DNA of 64,000 nt from sequence record MT366760.1. One strand, given 5' to 3'. The notes below the pieces were generated by a model. It was given only the letters and a program-made list of their open reading frames with translations. It searched no databases and had not been told where the DNA came from. Shown here in pieces: positions 45,388-55,359 of this stretch (position 1 is its first letter; each line of letters starts with the position of its first letter). The translations under genes and the position numbers were made by a program.

Positions 45388-47676
45388 CTATTTGCGGGTG
45401 AATACGAGGCTACCACCGCCTGCTGCCGAGGCTGAACTACCGACAGCACCAACCTTTGAGTTACCCAAACCGCCACTTTGAACGGCACCATTACCGGAAC
45501 CTTGGGCACCGACCGCAATTTTACGTTTCTGTACGTCGCCAGTCAATAGCTCATACATATCAACATAGTCTTGGTCGAGTGTATAATTAAGGAACAAACA
45601 TAGTGCGCGGAAGTTATCATCCGTATACCCAGGACCCTTATCCACAACACCCTTGGCATTTTCGGTAACAGTGTAACCTTGGTGAACCAAGTGAGCAACT
45701 GGCATTGCCTTACCCGTTGTTGGATTCCCAGGACCGAAACAGTGGGGATAACCGTCTAGGTCAGTTTCAATTACTTTATCGTATTTGATTTCTGGTTTGG
45801 GTAGAGTAATACAACGTGTCTCTTCATCGGTAATGTGGTCGTATATGAACGCGAATTCCTGTGCATTCAAAGAGTGTTGCTCCGTATAGATACCGCACTC
45901 TTCTTCGATATCGTGCATCAACTTAAGGGAGTTCCATCGGTCAGCTACGAATAGACCAATATTTAGTTCTTCGATTAGCGGATAGATAATCTCGTTCGCT
46001 ATCTTAGTGTAGTTCAATACGTTTTTGTGACGTATCGGTGCTATCTCAACAATGGTATGAACAGTGGGGTGTAACTTGCCACCTTTCTCCTGAACAAATC
46101 CCGCTACTAATGAGAACGAGTTGTTAGAATAACCCGCATCAATAGCCATAACACCACGAGGCAGCGAAGGGTAAAGGTTCTTGATTTTGGTTATCTTAGC
46201 GTAACGTTGCGCTTGACCGTTGTTAGCCTTATGCGCTACATATTCGTAACCAACTAAGTTCTTGCGTCCCTGTTCACAAGCTGCTTTCAAATGTTCGGGG
46301 TTATCCAAGAATGGGTTTTCTGACATTGGAGGGTTAGCGCCAAAGTCACGGTCAGCCTTCTTGAAGTCTTTTGAGTATTCATCAGCGAAGTCATCAGGAC
46401 CTGAGTACAGCGGGTTGTACTCCCATGTCGCACCGTGGAAGGTTACAATACGTGGGTTGTTTTCATTCTCACGTACTAGCGTCATGATTTTATCTTGGTA
46501 AGACGATGGTGATGAGATGTTCATGGAGTAACCACTAGGTATGTTGTTCATACCATTCATCAATCGTATCTCACTAGATTTACGAACTGTCATCAGGGAG
46601 TTTGATAGTGATGTGTATACCTCATTAGCTGAAGTACGTTCTTTATCATCATCGTCCTCACCATGGTGGAACCAACCCAATTCGTCAATTGCCGCAAAAA
46701 TTCGAGTTGCACCACGAAGTGTACGTTTGTTCGGACCTGATGGGTGCAAGTGCAGGGAACGGTGTGGGTAGGAAACGAATGTGTCCTTAAACTTGTATAA
46801 GTCTTCTTCACCGTACAGCTCAGCATAATGGTCTAACATACCGTGGTATTCTCTAAACCAGTAAGAGTCACGCATTGCATTGTGAATCGGAGTCCACAAG
46901 AGTTCCACAGCTTTACCAAACGTCAAACCTACTACCGTCCCGATAAGCACGGAGTTCTTCATCAACCCCATTACTTCAACGGGCTTCTGTAGTTTTAGAT
47001 AGCGGTGAATAAGGTACGGAATCATTAGACCAAGGAATGCAGACTTACCCGCACGCTGACCAACACACCCCGCGAATTCTGTAGCTAGATAGAGTTTACC
47101 CTCCTTGATTAGTTGGGGTTTAGTCTTCTTACACTTCGGACACGTACCATACTCCAAGAACTGGATGTGGTCGGGGGCGTCTTTAGCAGGCATCGCTACA
47201 GGCAGAGAACGGTCACATTCGAATGATTTACCGAAGTCGGGGTTTTTCGAAGGCCATCGTTTCGCAGTACAGTCTGGACAATACTCAGCGAACATCTTAG
47301 TCGCCAGTTCTAACTGACGTGCGAATGGAGCTTGGTCTGCACCCGTGGGCGACATACACCATCTAAAGAAGTTAGGGTGTTCTTTAATGTCGCGGTCATC
47401 AATGCGCAAGTCAGGTGGTACAACTAGACCACTGGATAACACCTGTTCCAGTTGTTCAATTAAGTTTAATTCGTCGTATTCCTTTTCGACAATCAATTGG
47501 TTATCAGGGACAAGTAGACCGCTCTGTGCTTCAGCAGCACCATTGAGCAGCCCTTGTAAGTTAAGTACGTCGTCTACATCCAGTTTAGTAAGACTTCTTT
47601 TCTTCTTACTATCAGTGTGTATCCTATCTTCGGTACGTAGTAGGTAGTCATTCAGCTTTTTACGACTTATCTTCAT
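45388..47676 (-). CDS. terL: terminase large subunit
   Basis: VGQRAGKS (Walker A), AAIDE (Walker B), NISS, AIDAG (RNase H Asp) and DD.FRA; CxxC insertions. Confidence 0.85.
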   Translation of the reverse strand: MKISRKKLNDYLLRTEDRIHTDSKKKRSLTKLDVDDVLNLQGLLNGAAEAQSGLLVPDNQLIVEKEYDELNLIEQLEQVLSSGLVVPPDLRIDDRDIKEHPNFFRWCMSPTGADQAPFARQLELATKMFAEYCPDCTAKRWPSKNPDFGKSFECDRSLPVAMPAKDAPDHIQFLEYGTCPKCKKTKPQLIKEGKLYLATEFAGCVGQRAGKSAFLGLMIPYLIHRYLKLQKPVEVMGLMKNSVLIGTVVGLTFGKAVELLWTPIHNAMRDSYWFREYHGMLDHYAELYGEEDLYKFKDTFVSYPHRSLHLHPSGPNKRTLRGATRIFAAIDELGWFHHGEDDDDKERTSANEVYTSLSNSLMTVRKSSEIRLMNGMNNIPSGYSMNISSPSSYQDKIMTLVRENENNPRIVTFHGATWEYNPLYSGPDDFADEYSKDFKKADRDFGANPPMSENPFLDNPEHLKAACEQGRKNLVGYEYVAHKANNGQAQRYAKITKIKNLYPSLPRGVMAIDAGYSNNSFSLVAGFVQEKGGKLHPTVHTIVEIAPIRHKNVLNYTKIANEIIYPLIEELNIGLFVADRWNSLKLMHDIEEECGIYTEQHSLNAQEFAFIYDHITDEETRCITLPKPEIKYDKVIETDLDGYPHCFGPGNPTTGKAMPVAHLVHQGYTVTENAKGVVDKGPGYTDDNFRALCLFLNYTLDQDYVDMYELLTGDVQKRKIAVGAQGSGNGAVQSGGLGNSKVGAVGSSASAAGGGSLVFTRK

Positions 47677-48440
47677 AACTTAATACGCTCCGCCCTAGTG
47701 TGTTTGTCCAAGACCTGTTGGTTACTTTGCTGCAATTGTCGGTTCTGACGTATTGAATGCTGTAGTCTATCCATTAGGTCTTTACTTGGATTGGGTAGTG
47801 TCTTAGTAAGGTGATGTGCTACTAGTCTATCAGCGTTCTCCTGTGATAGACCAAGTTCATCCGTCAGGAATTCATATGTCTTCAGCATGATTGCGTCATC
47901 CATAATCTTATTCAACTTACTGAAGTTACTCTGAACGTTTTCATCCATGATATTAGATATCTCTTGGTTGAATTCATCCAGTGCAATTGCCATACCCATC
48001 GACATAGGAGCTAACTCGAACAATAGAAAGTCCCTGATTTTACCGCGCTGAGCATCCAACGCTTCAAGGAATCTTTCGGAGTCGTCCTCGTCTACTTCAA
48101 CTATTTCAACTACCTTGTCTTTGAGTTTATTGAATTCGTCACCAGAACCGATTAGCTCACCGTTATCGTCCTCACCATAGGGTACGGGTAGATTGGTTTG
48201 GTTGTCTTCAACTGCATTTATCTGTGCTTCATAAGCCATACCCCTAACTAGCATAGGGTTGACTTTAAGGACACGTAAGACATTCGGGTTGGGATCTTCT
48301 ATGAGTTCCCATGTTGTTTGCACAACCGGAATCCCTATTGTTTTAAGGGACTCCATAATGTGCTCCGTGGATAAACCAGTGGTGATTGCTTGTTCTGTCG
48401 CACTGGTATTACCAAAGAGACTATTACTCATCGTTACCAC
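47673..48440 (-). CDS. hypothetical helical protein (terminase small subunit candidate by position only)
   Basis: Translationally coupled upstream of terL; no motif recognised. Confidence 0.5.
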   Translation of the reverse strand: MVTMSNSLFGNTSATEQAITTGLSTEHIMESLKTIGIPVVQTTWELIEDPNPNVLRVLKVNPMLVRGMAYEAQINAVEDNQTNLPVPYGEDDNGELIGSGDEFNKLKDKVVEIVEVDEDDSERFLEALDAQRGKIRDFLLFELAPMSMGMAIALDEFNQEISNIMDENVQSNFSKLNKIMDDAIMLKTYEFLTDELGLSQENADRLVAHHLTKTLPNPSKDLMDRLQHSIRQNRQLQQSNQQVLDKHTRAERIKL

Positions 48441-49782
48441 CCTTCAAGTAAGCTTCGATGTCGTTAACGTCACTGTCTAGCTTCTTACGTTTCTTATCAC
48501 CTTCCGGTGTACGCATGGATGCTAACTCAGCGTCACCTACATCCATAAACCGCATGGATGCAAATTCAACCTGTAGTGGGAATGGATGAGGACTGTGGTT
48601 ACGTGCTTTAGCTTGACGAATTTCAGCAATGCCCTTCTCTTTGTCTTCGTCAGTCATTGTCCAGAACCATGCGTTGTTCGCGTGTTCTACGATTGCACGT
48701 GAGTAACGGATTGAACCTTCGTCGGATAACTGAGCTAGTAGGATAACAATAGCATTATTGTTTTTAGCCCAAATCTTACAGAAACGTGCAACCTTACCGA
48801 GTTGTTGCCACGAGTCGTCACCGTCTACACCTTTCAATAGAGAGATATAGTCAATAATAATGACTTTGTGACCGTAAGGTTTAAGCATCATCAAGATTTC
48901 TTCAGCCGACATATCTTCTTCGGGTTCAAAGATATCGTAACCCGCATCAACGCGAGCGATTTCCTTCTCGTACTTTTTAAAGCACTTATCCGCTTTCTTC
49001 TTCTCACCCTTGCTGAGTTTACCCAACAGGAATTTACGAACGTCAATACCACTGACGTTGGCGATGACCCTTGCCATCATTTCTTCCTCTGTCATTTCAA
49101 GAGGAACCATACAAGTGGAGTGACCGCGACGGGTAAAGTTAACGGCTAGCTGACCTGCCATAGTTGATTTACCACCACCAGACGTAGCAGCTACAATGAA
49201 TAGTGAACCTGGGAATAAGCCACCGTTGATATCGTCAAAGGCATTGAATCCCGTTGGTACTACATCTGGCTTTTTGTTATCAAGTAGTTTCTTAACTACT
49301 TTGTTGGCGTTACTACCCTTACCAATACGTAGGATGTCTTTTGTAACTGCCATAGTTGAACGAGCTTTAGAGACGTAATCAGCATTGGAGTCCAGTAGGG
49401 CGTCCACATCAACTTTGTCTTCTTGCATCGTATCAATTGTTGTTTGCGCGTTTTCGAATAGCAACCTTGCGCGTCGGAACTGGACTAGTGAACTAACACA
49501 GGAGTCCAAACTTTCTAGATTTTTTATTGGCTTTTTCTTGGCATCCAATAGTTCTTCGCGTGTGTCTTCAGACAGTGTAGGATCTGAGCACAAGTCTTCG
49601 ATTGTAGGGATGTTGCCTTTGTTACGTACAACTGATAATACTCGTGAAAGAGCTTCATGTGTTGTTTCGTCATGGAAGAACGTTGGGTCAACGCTACCCA
49701 ATAGACGACTCTGTAGTTTCTTATCACCGTTACAGATGGTCATTAACGCACGCATCTCAGCGGTTTTATCAGATAGAAGCAT
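48424..49782 (-). CDS. dnaB: replicative DnaB-like helicase
   Basis: AATSGGGKS (Walker A), LEMTEEE, IIIDYI (Walker B), LLAQL and KARN. Confidence 0.88.
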   Translation of the reverse strand: MLLSDKTAEMRALMTICNGDKKLQSRLLGSVDPTFFHDETTHEALSRVLSVVRNKGNIPTIEDLCSDPTLSEDTREELLDAKKKPIKNLESLDSCVSSLVQFRRARLLFENAQTTIDTMQEDKVDVDALLDSNADYVSKARSTMAVTKDILRIGKGSNANKVVKKLLDNKKPDVVPTGFNAFDDINGGLFPGSLFIVAATSGGGKSTMAGQLAVNFTRRGHSTCMVPLEMTEEEMMARVIANVSGIDVRKFLLGKLSKGEKKKADKCFKKYEKEIARVDAGYDIFEPEEDMSAEEILMMLKPYGHKVIIIDYISLLKGVDGDDSWQQLGKVARFCKIWAKNNNAIVILLAQLSDEGSIRYSRAIVEHANNAWFWTMTDEDKEKGIAEIRQAKARNHSPHPFPLQVEFASMRFMDVGDAELASMRTPEGDKKRKKLDSDVNDIEAYLKGGNDE

Positions 49783-49785
49783 TAT

Positions 49786-50439
49786 TTATAAACCTTTATA
49801 ACGAGTAGAGGGAAGGTGAATCTTGAAGTTAAGTGGATAACGTAACTTCTCTGAAAATACTTTAACTGGGTCAAGCCCACATGAAATTAGTATACGTGGG
49901 ACATCTGAGTACAATTCTAAAATATCCCTGCACTTCTCTATTTTCTGCTGTGTAGCATGTTCGTCCTTTTCATCGGACAATGGGAAGTTACAGAGGATAA
50001 TCAACTTGGGTTTCTTATGTGACGGAAATGAATGGTCACGGAGTTTATCTTTATAGGAACCCGTTAGGTGGTGCCACCATATCTTATGGTAGGCATCCGG
50101 TTCTAATTCCAACGCTCGTAGTGCAATCTTAGCTGCAACCATTTTGGCGCGTAGGTCGGATAGTTGACCTGTTATGCACATGGTATAAGGAACAGCTAGT
50201 GGATTACGCATAACTGTATCAAAGTCTTTAAGTTGTTCCTTAGCGGAGACACGGTGGGGTAATAAACCCTTACCACTAGAAGTAAACTGCCCTACGTCTT
50301 CTGACAAGTTAAAGGGTTTAGCTAGTTGTAATTGGTTTACGTCCGCGCCACAACCACCTAGACGTTGAAAGTCTAAGTCGTTTCTATCAGGCATTATTAT
50401 CTGGTAGGCTAGGCGGGACTTCTTATCTTTCTTAGCCAT
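49786..50439 (-). CDS. hypothetical protein adjacent to dnaB
   Basis: 217-aa ORF; alpha/beta pattern, possibly a degenerate P-loop fold. Confidence 0.6.
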   Translation of the reverse strand: MAKKDKKSRLAYQIIMPDRNDLDFQRLGGCGADVNQLQLAKPFNLSEDVGQFTSSGKGLLPHRVSAKEQLKDFDTVMRNPLAVPYTMCITGQLSDLRAKMVAAKIALRALELEPDAYHKIWWHHLTGSYKDKLRDHSFPSHKKPKLIILCNFPLSDEKDEHATQQKIEKCRDILELYSDVPRILISCGLDPVKVFSEKLRYPLNFKIHLPSTRYKGL

Positions 50440-50473
50440 TGCTTTCCCTTTTTGGTTAATATTATCAACGTTA

Positions 50474-50480
50474 ATTTACA
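50474..50480 (-). promoter_or_regulatory. TGTAAAT box
   Basis: After a terminator; 35 nt upstream of the operon leading to dnaB, terL and portal. Confidence 0.5.
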
Positions 50481-50494
50481 GTAATTCGAAGAGC

Positions 50495-50522
50495 AAAATG
50501 CCCCGAATTAACGAGGCATTTA
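50495..50522 (-). terminator. intrinsic terminator
   Basis: TGCCTCG-TTAATT-CGGGGCA-TTTT; the core is identical to the nrdG terminator. Confidence 0.75.
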
Positions 50523-50528
50523 ATATAA

Positions 50529-50804
50529 TTACTTCATTCTCAAGTACCACATGGGTTGGGTAAGAGTGAAGTGAAACCAAAGGAACTTAACCATGTATTG
50601 ACCACGCCTTGGGGATACATAATACCATGGAGTTTTCTCATATTCACACGTAACCCAAACCATAGGTCTGAACTGGATGAAGAGTGCACCGAGTAAACTA
50701 GTGTGAATCGTCAGCTTGTTAACCTGACACCAGTTCACTGATACTTCAAACACGTAAGGGATGTTAAGATGGAACAACGTGATTATCTGTGACATAAACA
50801 ACAT
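50529..50804 (-). CDS. hypothetical small aromatic-rich protein
   Basis: 91-aa ORF filling the gap; ATG overlaps the helicase stop region. Confidence 0.5.
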   Translation of the reverse strand: MLFMSQIITLFHLNIPYVFEVSVNWCQVNKLTIHTSLLGALFIQFRPMVWVTCEYEKTPWYYVSPRRGQYMVKFLWFHFTLTQPMWYLRMK

Positions 50805-50805
50805 A

Positions 50806-53679
50806 TTAGAACCTCAATTTCTTAGTAGGTTTCTTCTTACCGTGTTCAGCTTTAGTTGGTTTGTATTGGTCGTCTGGGTCACCGGAACGGCTACCTTTGT
50901 TTTTCAACTCACCAAATACTTCACCCAAGGTTTCTCTAGACTTCTTATGAAGTTTGTAGTCCTTAAGTGTTTTCCAACATGTGGCGAAACAACCTAGTGC
51001 TAATCCCCATGTCTCATCAACGTATGCCCTGATAATAGGTTGGCACTTGCCTTCCATCGGAGTCATAACCCTAGTTACTTCCTGAGTGTAGTTAGGAACG
51101 TTTGAGATTGGGATGATTGTATAGATAGCACTCCAGAGTGGCACGTTAACACCAGTCAGCATAGACCTCATTGCAACCGTACAGCGATATGTACCATCAC
51201 GCAGGGAATCAAGTACGTCCTTACGCTTGTGCTTAGGTATACGACCTGTGAACGCCAACGCTATTTGTTCTTCGTCCCCGTCCCATTGCTCATTAACCAT
51301 GTCTACTAGGAGATTGGCGTGAGCTTGGAAAGTCACGGGAATGATAACGGAGTGACCCTTCTTCATGTCCTTAATGGCTTGGTCAACTATCATCTGGTTA
51401 CGGTCTTTATGTTCCGACAGATGTTTCATTGCACTTTGCCATTGCTGATAGTTCTTCTTAGCAATGCCAGTCTTATGGATATGAGTAACTGGCGTCATAG
51501 TCTCGACTTTACACTCGTAAGCTATCTTACCAAAGATTCGGTCAGTAACTGGATACTTACCATCCTTACGGTCGGGTGTACCCGTCAGTCCATAGAAGTG
51601 CATAGCGTTGAACTGGCTAAGAATATTTGAGTAACCGTCAGCAGGAGCCTTATGGATTTCGTCAACAATGATGACCTCAAACAGGTCACGGACTTTCTTC
51701 AACTTTTTCTTACCACCGTTCTGGGGTAGAAACATTTGATAAGTCGCTAGACAGATATCGTACTTATGGAAGTCTGCTACACTGTTACAAATCCCACACA
51801 ACTTTACCCCGTTGAACTTCTCCACGTCTTTAACGTCAGTCATTTCCTGAAACGTTTCGTAGAACTGGTCAATCAAGTCAGATTGGTGAGCAAGTATAAG
51901 AGTCTTTGCACGTTTTTTACACGTCAGAGCTGTAGCCATAACTGTGTTGTGTACTCGTAGACCGTTAGCCGTGAAATTGTGGACGTCATCAACCGTTAGG
52001 TCATATACCGTTGTGGGTTCCTCATTGGTGTGGACGCAGGTTACAGTGTCAAAGCTCATTGAACCACTACATGAAGCAAGAGTTAACATACGGGCTTCTT
52101 CCTCATCCGCGAAGTCCCAGAGTAATCCAAGTTCTTCAACGATGCGGCGGATATCCCCGTGTGTTGCAGTAGGTGTAACGTTACGCTTTTTAACGTTCCT
52201 TTCCCACCAAGTCCATTTAAGCTTCTTATCCACTAACCACTTACCAAGCCCAGGGATAACTTTTCTCAATGGATTGATACCACAGGGTTGAGGTGTCCAT
52301 AGATGGTAGTTGTCACCCGTCTTTATCTTAAGCGCTTCGACGGCTCTAGCATAGTCTTCCTTACCTAAGACTAGTGACCAACCGTGAGTGATACCTGCTA
52401 GTGGGTCAACTAGACACTTATCTAGAGAACAGTCAACTCCAAAGTTACCAAGCATTATCTGAATTATTTTAAGCTTGTCTCTACAGTCATCACGTAGTTC
52501 AATGTAGGAACCTTCTACGCTGAACTTGGCTGCTTGTGCAAACCACGCTCTTAAGTAACGTTGCTGACCATACTTGTTAGTCTGCATAACTACGTCGGGT
52601 ACTTTAGTGACGAAGCCCTGATTCAACATCAGATATTTGAATGTTCGATATTTAATTCGAACAATGTTAGTTCCCTTCATATGGAAAGGTTTGTATTTGA
52701 ACATCAACTCAATGAGAGTAATAAAGCGTTTGACCAATGCTTCATTATAGACCGTTGATGAATTATGACGACCTAGTGCAAGTGTCACGTCATCTTTAGG
52801 GTCGTGGTCGTGCGTGTAGTGTGCTTCTGCATAACCAGTGTATAGTAGTAGTTCAGCTAGTTCTGGCTTACACTTACGGGGATAGAAATTAGGTGTCTTA
52901 GGTGGTAGGTTAACAGTACTAGCAACTTTGGGAAATAGATAGTTACCTAGTTCACCAATAATAGTGTCACCCTCTTTGACTTCATCCAAACGGCACCATT
53001 CAAGAGCCATGTTTGGGCGTAGTATTTGTACAGGGTGTTCGGGTGTCCCAGTTACTTTACGACCACGACTGGTCTTTAGAGTAACAGTAGTTTCTGCTCG
53101 CTTCTTATGCAGGTGGGTAACACGACCAGTGTGCACAGGGTTGTCAGTACGGACACGTAGTTTAGACTCTTCCGAAAGTTCACGTGAATGACCTTCCTTA
53201 TGTTTCGGACTAAACATCTTTTCAATCGGGATTAGTCCGTGGTTGGTATGAATCAACGTACCCTCAACCACACATTTACCGGAACGAGGCGGTGCTTTTA
53301 AAACGCCATTACCCGATTTGATAAGTGACTTAACAGCAGGACCTTGGTACTTACGCAAGTCGAATAGGAAGCTAATCTTTTTACGCATTCTTTGAATAGT
53401 TCGTTGGTCGTTGTTCTTAAGTGCTTTGTCAAACATCTTAGGCTTTTTCAAGCAGCGCTTAATCAAGTCAGGACGACCCATCGGGATACCACACCAACGT
53501 TCACCCTTCTTCTTCTCAATCAGATAGAGTTTGATGATGTCGATTTGTGCTTCTTCATAGTATTCGTTTTCAACGTGGCTCTCGCCCATTTCTAAAACGA
53601 AGTGTTTCTTAATCTGGGATACTAGGACTTCCGATACGGGAATCCAGAAACGGTTGTTTTTAATATACGGTTTAGCCAT
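50806..53679 (-). CDS. SF2 (UvsW-like) helicase precursor containing an intein
   Basis: APPRSGK|...|TVMA (split Walker A), IIVDEIH, GLTGTPDRKDG, TGVNVP and Q..TRVM. Confidence 0.85.
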   Translation of the reverse strand: MAKPYIKNNRFWIPVSEVLVSQIKKHFVLEMGESHVENEYYEEAQIDIIKLYLIEKKKGERWCGIPMGRPDLIKRCLKKPKMFDKALKNNDQRTIQRMRKKISFLFDLRKYQGPAVKSLIKSGNGVLKAPPRSGKCVVEGTLIHTNHGLIPIEKMFSPKHKEGHSRELSEESKLRVRTDNPVHTGRVTHLHKKRAETTVTLKTSRGRKVTGTPEHPVQILRPNMALEWCRLDEVKEGDTIIGELGNYLFPKVASTVNLPPKTPNFYPRKCKPELAELLLYTGYAEAHYTHDHDPKDDVTLALGRHNSSTVYNEALVKRFITLIELMFKYKPFHMKGTNIVRIKYRTFKYLMLNQGFVTKVPDVVMQTNKYGQQRYLRAWFAQAAKFSVEGSYIELRDDCRDKLKIIQIMLGNFGVDCSLDKCLVDPLAGITHGWSLVLGKEDYARAVEALKIKTGDNYHLWTPQPCGINPLRKVIPGLGKWLVDKKLKWTWWERNVKKRNVTPTATHGDIRRIVEELGLLWDFADEEEARMLTLASCSGSMSFDTVTCVHTNEEPTTVYDLTVDDVHNFTANGLRVHNTVMATALTCKKRAKTLILAHQSDLIDQFYETFQEMTDVKDVEKFNGVKLCGICNSVADFHKYDICLATYQMFLPQNGGKKKLKKVRDLFEVIIVDEIHKAPADGYSNILSQFNAMHFYGLTGTPDRKDGKYPVTDRIFGKIAYECKVETMTPVTHIHKTGIAKKNYQQWQSAMKHLSEHKDRNQMIVDQAIKDMKKGHSVIIPVTFQAHANLLVDMVNEQWDGDEEQIALAFTGRIPKHKRKDVLDSLRDGTYRCTVAMRSMLTGVNVPLWSAIYTIIPISNVPNYTQEVTRVMTPMEGKCQPIIRAYVDETWGLALGCFATCWKTLKDYKLHKKSRETLGEVFGELKNKGSRSGDPDDQYKPTKAEHGKKKPTKKLRF
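51946..53274 (-). mobile_element. intein, 443 aa, with degenerate LAGLIDADG endonuclease domain
   Basis: Starts CVVEGT right after the P-loop Lys; block B GTPEHP; block F VYDLTV..VHNF; ends VHN before Thr. Confidence 0.9.
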
Positions 53680-53698
53680 ATTAAAATTCTCTCGGCAG

Positions 53699-54211
53699 TT
53701 AGCCATCTCTCAGTGCGAGTTCTATACCTTGCATAGCCAGTTTTAATGCCCATGCGGTTTTATCAATGTCCTCAATAACGTCATCACATAGTTCAACTAA
53801 TGAGGAAAACCCATCGACTAATCTTTGTGCTCGTTGCATCGACGGTAGCGAGCTTATTACGGACTCCTTTTCTGATTTGGTATTATACGGCTTGAGGATT
53901 GATGCGCTATACTTACCTAGCATAGACGAATGGACAATACCAAAGGCACTGTCCACTGCATTTAACTGCAAACGCACTTCACTTCTAATCTCTACAATCC
54001 TAGAACGGAACGCGATGTCTTGTAATGAGGCTTTGTTGATTTTAGATGAGGATATACCACGCTTCACACCAAGCAATCTGGACTTACGTGAAGCGTGTGT
54101 ACGTTGCACTTCCTCAAGCAAACTTTTTGGATTCAGCGTACAACCTTCTAGGATGTTTTCTAGTTTGCGGTAATCCGAATCTTTCTTAAGTTGCTTCAAG
54201 GGGTTTGCCAT
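53699..54211 (-). CDS. UvsY-like recombination mediator (candidate)
   Basis: TKSEKESVIS and LVELCDDVIEDIDKTAWALK align with recalled T4 UvsY EKSEMKTVLS and LLDFCSGALDAIKSRGFAIK; adjacent to a UvsW-like helicase. Confidence 0.45.
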   Translation of the reverse strand: MANPLKQLKKDSDYRKLENILEGCTLNPKSLLEEVQRTHASRKSRLLGVKRGISSSKINKASLQDIAFRSRIVEIRSEVRLQLNAVDSAFGIVHSSMLGKYSASILKPYNTKSEKESVISSLPSMQRAQRLVDGFSSLVELCDDVIEDIDKTAWALKLAMQGIELALRDG

Positions 54212-54951
54212 TAAAGTTTGTCTCCAAGTAAACGGAAGAACTCGTCTTTGTATGTTGGGTTTTCACGGTAACAGCCACGCATAACACTAGTGATAGTATC
54301 TGCGTCTGGTTCTTCTACACCGCGAACTGACATACATTGGTGTTCTGCTCGAACAACAACTGCGATACCTTCACACTCTAATAGATCTTCGAGTGCATCA
54401 GCAATTTGACTAGTTAGTTCTTCTTGGATTTGTGGGCGACGTGCAATGTGGTTAACGAGGCGGCTAAATTTGGATAGACCGATAACCTTGCCGTCTTCTT
54501 TAGGCATTACAGCGATGTGGCAAACGCCACGGATGTTCTGGATATGGTGTGAGCACATAGATTCTACACGGATACTACGAACCATAATCATCTGGTCTAA
54601 GTTAGATGCGTTAGGGAACTCAGTAATACGTGGTAACTCTTCATAGCGACCAACCATCGTTTCATTAAGGAACATCTTAGCCATACGGTGTGGAGTGTCC
54701 TTAGTGTTGTGGTCGTTTTTAACGTCAATCATTAGCACGTTGAAGAGGTTAGCACATGCGTCTTCAGTAGCTCGCATCATTTCTTCTTGGATTTCTTCAG
54801 TTATCCAAGCTGATATGTTGTCGTTCGCTTTGAAGTCAACCCCATTTTTGATGAGGTGTTCACGTAGTGCAAGGAGTTTCGGATACTTCTCTAGAATCGT
54901 TGTGTTCTGTGAGAAGTCTCTTGGGTTTTCCACTGGTTCTGGTGTGCACAT
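54211..54951 (-). CDS. folE: GTP cyclohydrolase I
   Basis: TPHRMAK, SMCSHH, GLSKFSR, RPQIQE and HQCM..RG. Confidence 0.95.
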   Translation of the reverse strand: MCTPEPVENPRDFSQNTTILEKYPKLLALREHLIKNGVDFKANDNISAWITEEIQEEMMRATEDACANLFNVLMIDVKNDHNTKDTPHRMAKMFLNETMVGRYEELPRITEFPNASNLDQMIMVRSIRVESMCSHHIQNIRGVCHIAVMPKEDGKVIGLSKFSRLVNHIARRPQIQEELTSQIADALEDLLECEGIAVVVRAEHQCMSVRGVEEPDADTITSVMRGCYRENPTYKDEFFRLLGDKL

Positions 54952-54964
54952 TTGAGTTAAGCTC

Positions 54965-55357
54965 CTATAAGTTACGAGTAATGTTGTTCTCGTATTCTTC
55001 AGAAAGTATAAGTAGAGAGCCTTGGTCGTTGGCGTATATCAGTAAACCTGGAACGTCAGCAACTAAGAAGCTTTCCGTAGTTAGTAATTCGTCCTTTGTA
55101 CTAGGTCGCGGGACTACAATTACATTGTGATGGTGGTTGGAGCAAGCAGGTACATGGAATATGTAACCCACATGGACACCATCTTCGCCTAGACAGATAT
55201 CACGTATCTGTATGTTGTTTACGTAATCCAATTCAAGGGGAGTAACGTATAAGTCGAACCCCTCAATGGGTTCCCGTAGCAAGTACACAATTACGCCCTT
55301 GGATAAGGACGTAAAGGTATGCAGTTGGATACCCGATAGTTCACGAATATCCAACAT
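54965..55357 (-). CDS. hypothetical protein
   Basis: 130-aa ORF in the operon. Confidence 0.65.
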   Translation of the reverse strand: MLDIRELSGIQLHTFTSLSKGVIVYLLREPIEGFDLYVTPLELDYVNNIQIRDICLGEDGVHVGYIFHVPACSNHHHNVIVVPRPSTKDELLTTESFLVADVPGLLIYANDQGSLLILSEEYENNITRNL

Positions 55358-55359
55358 AA

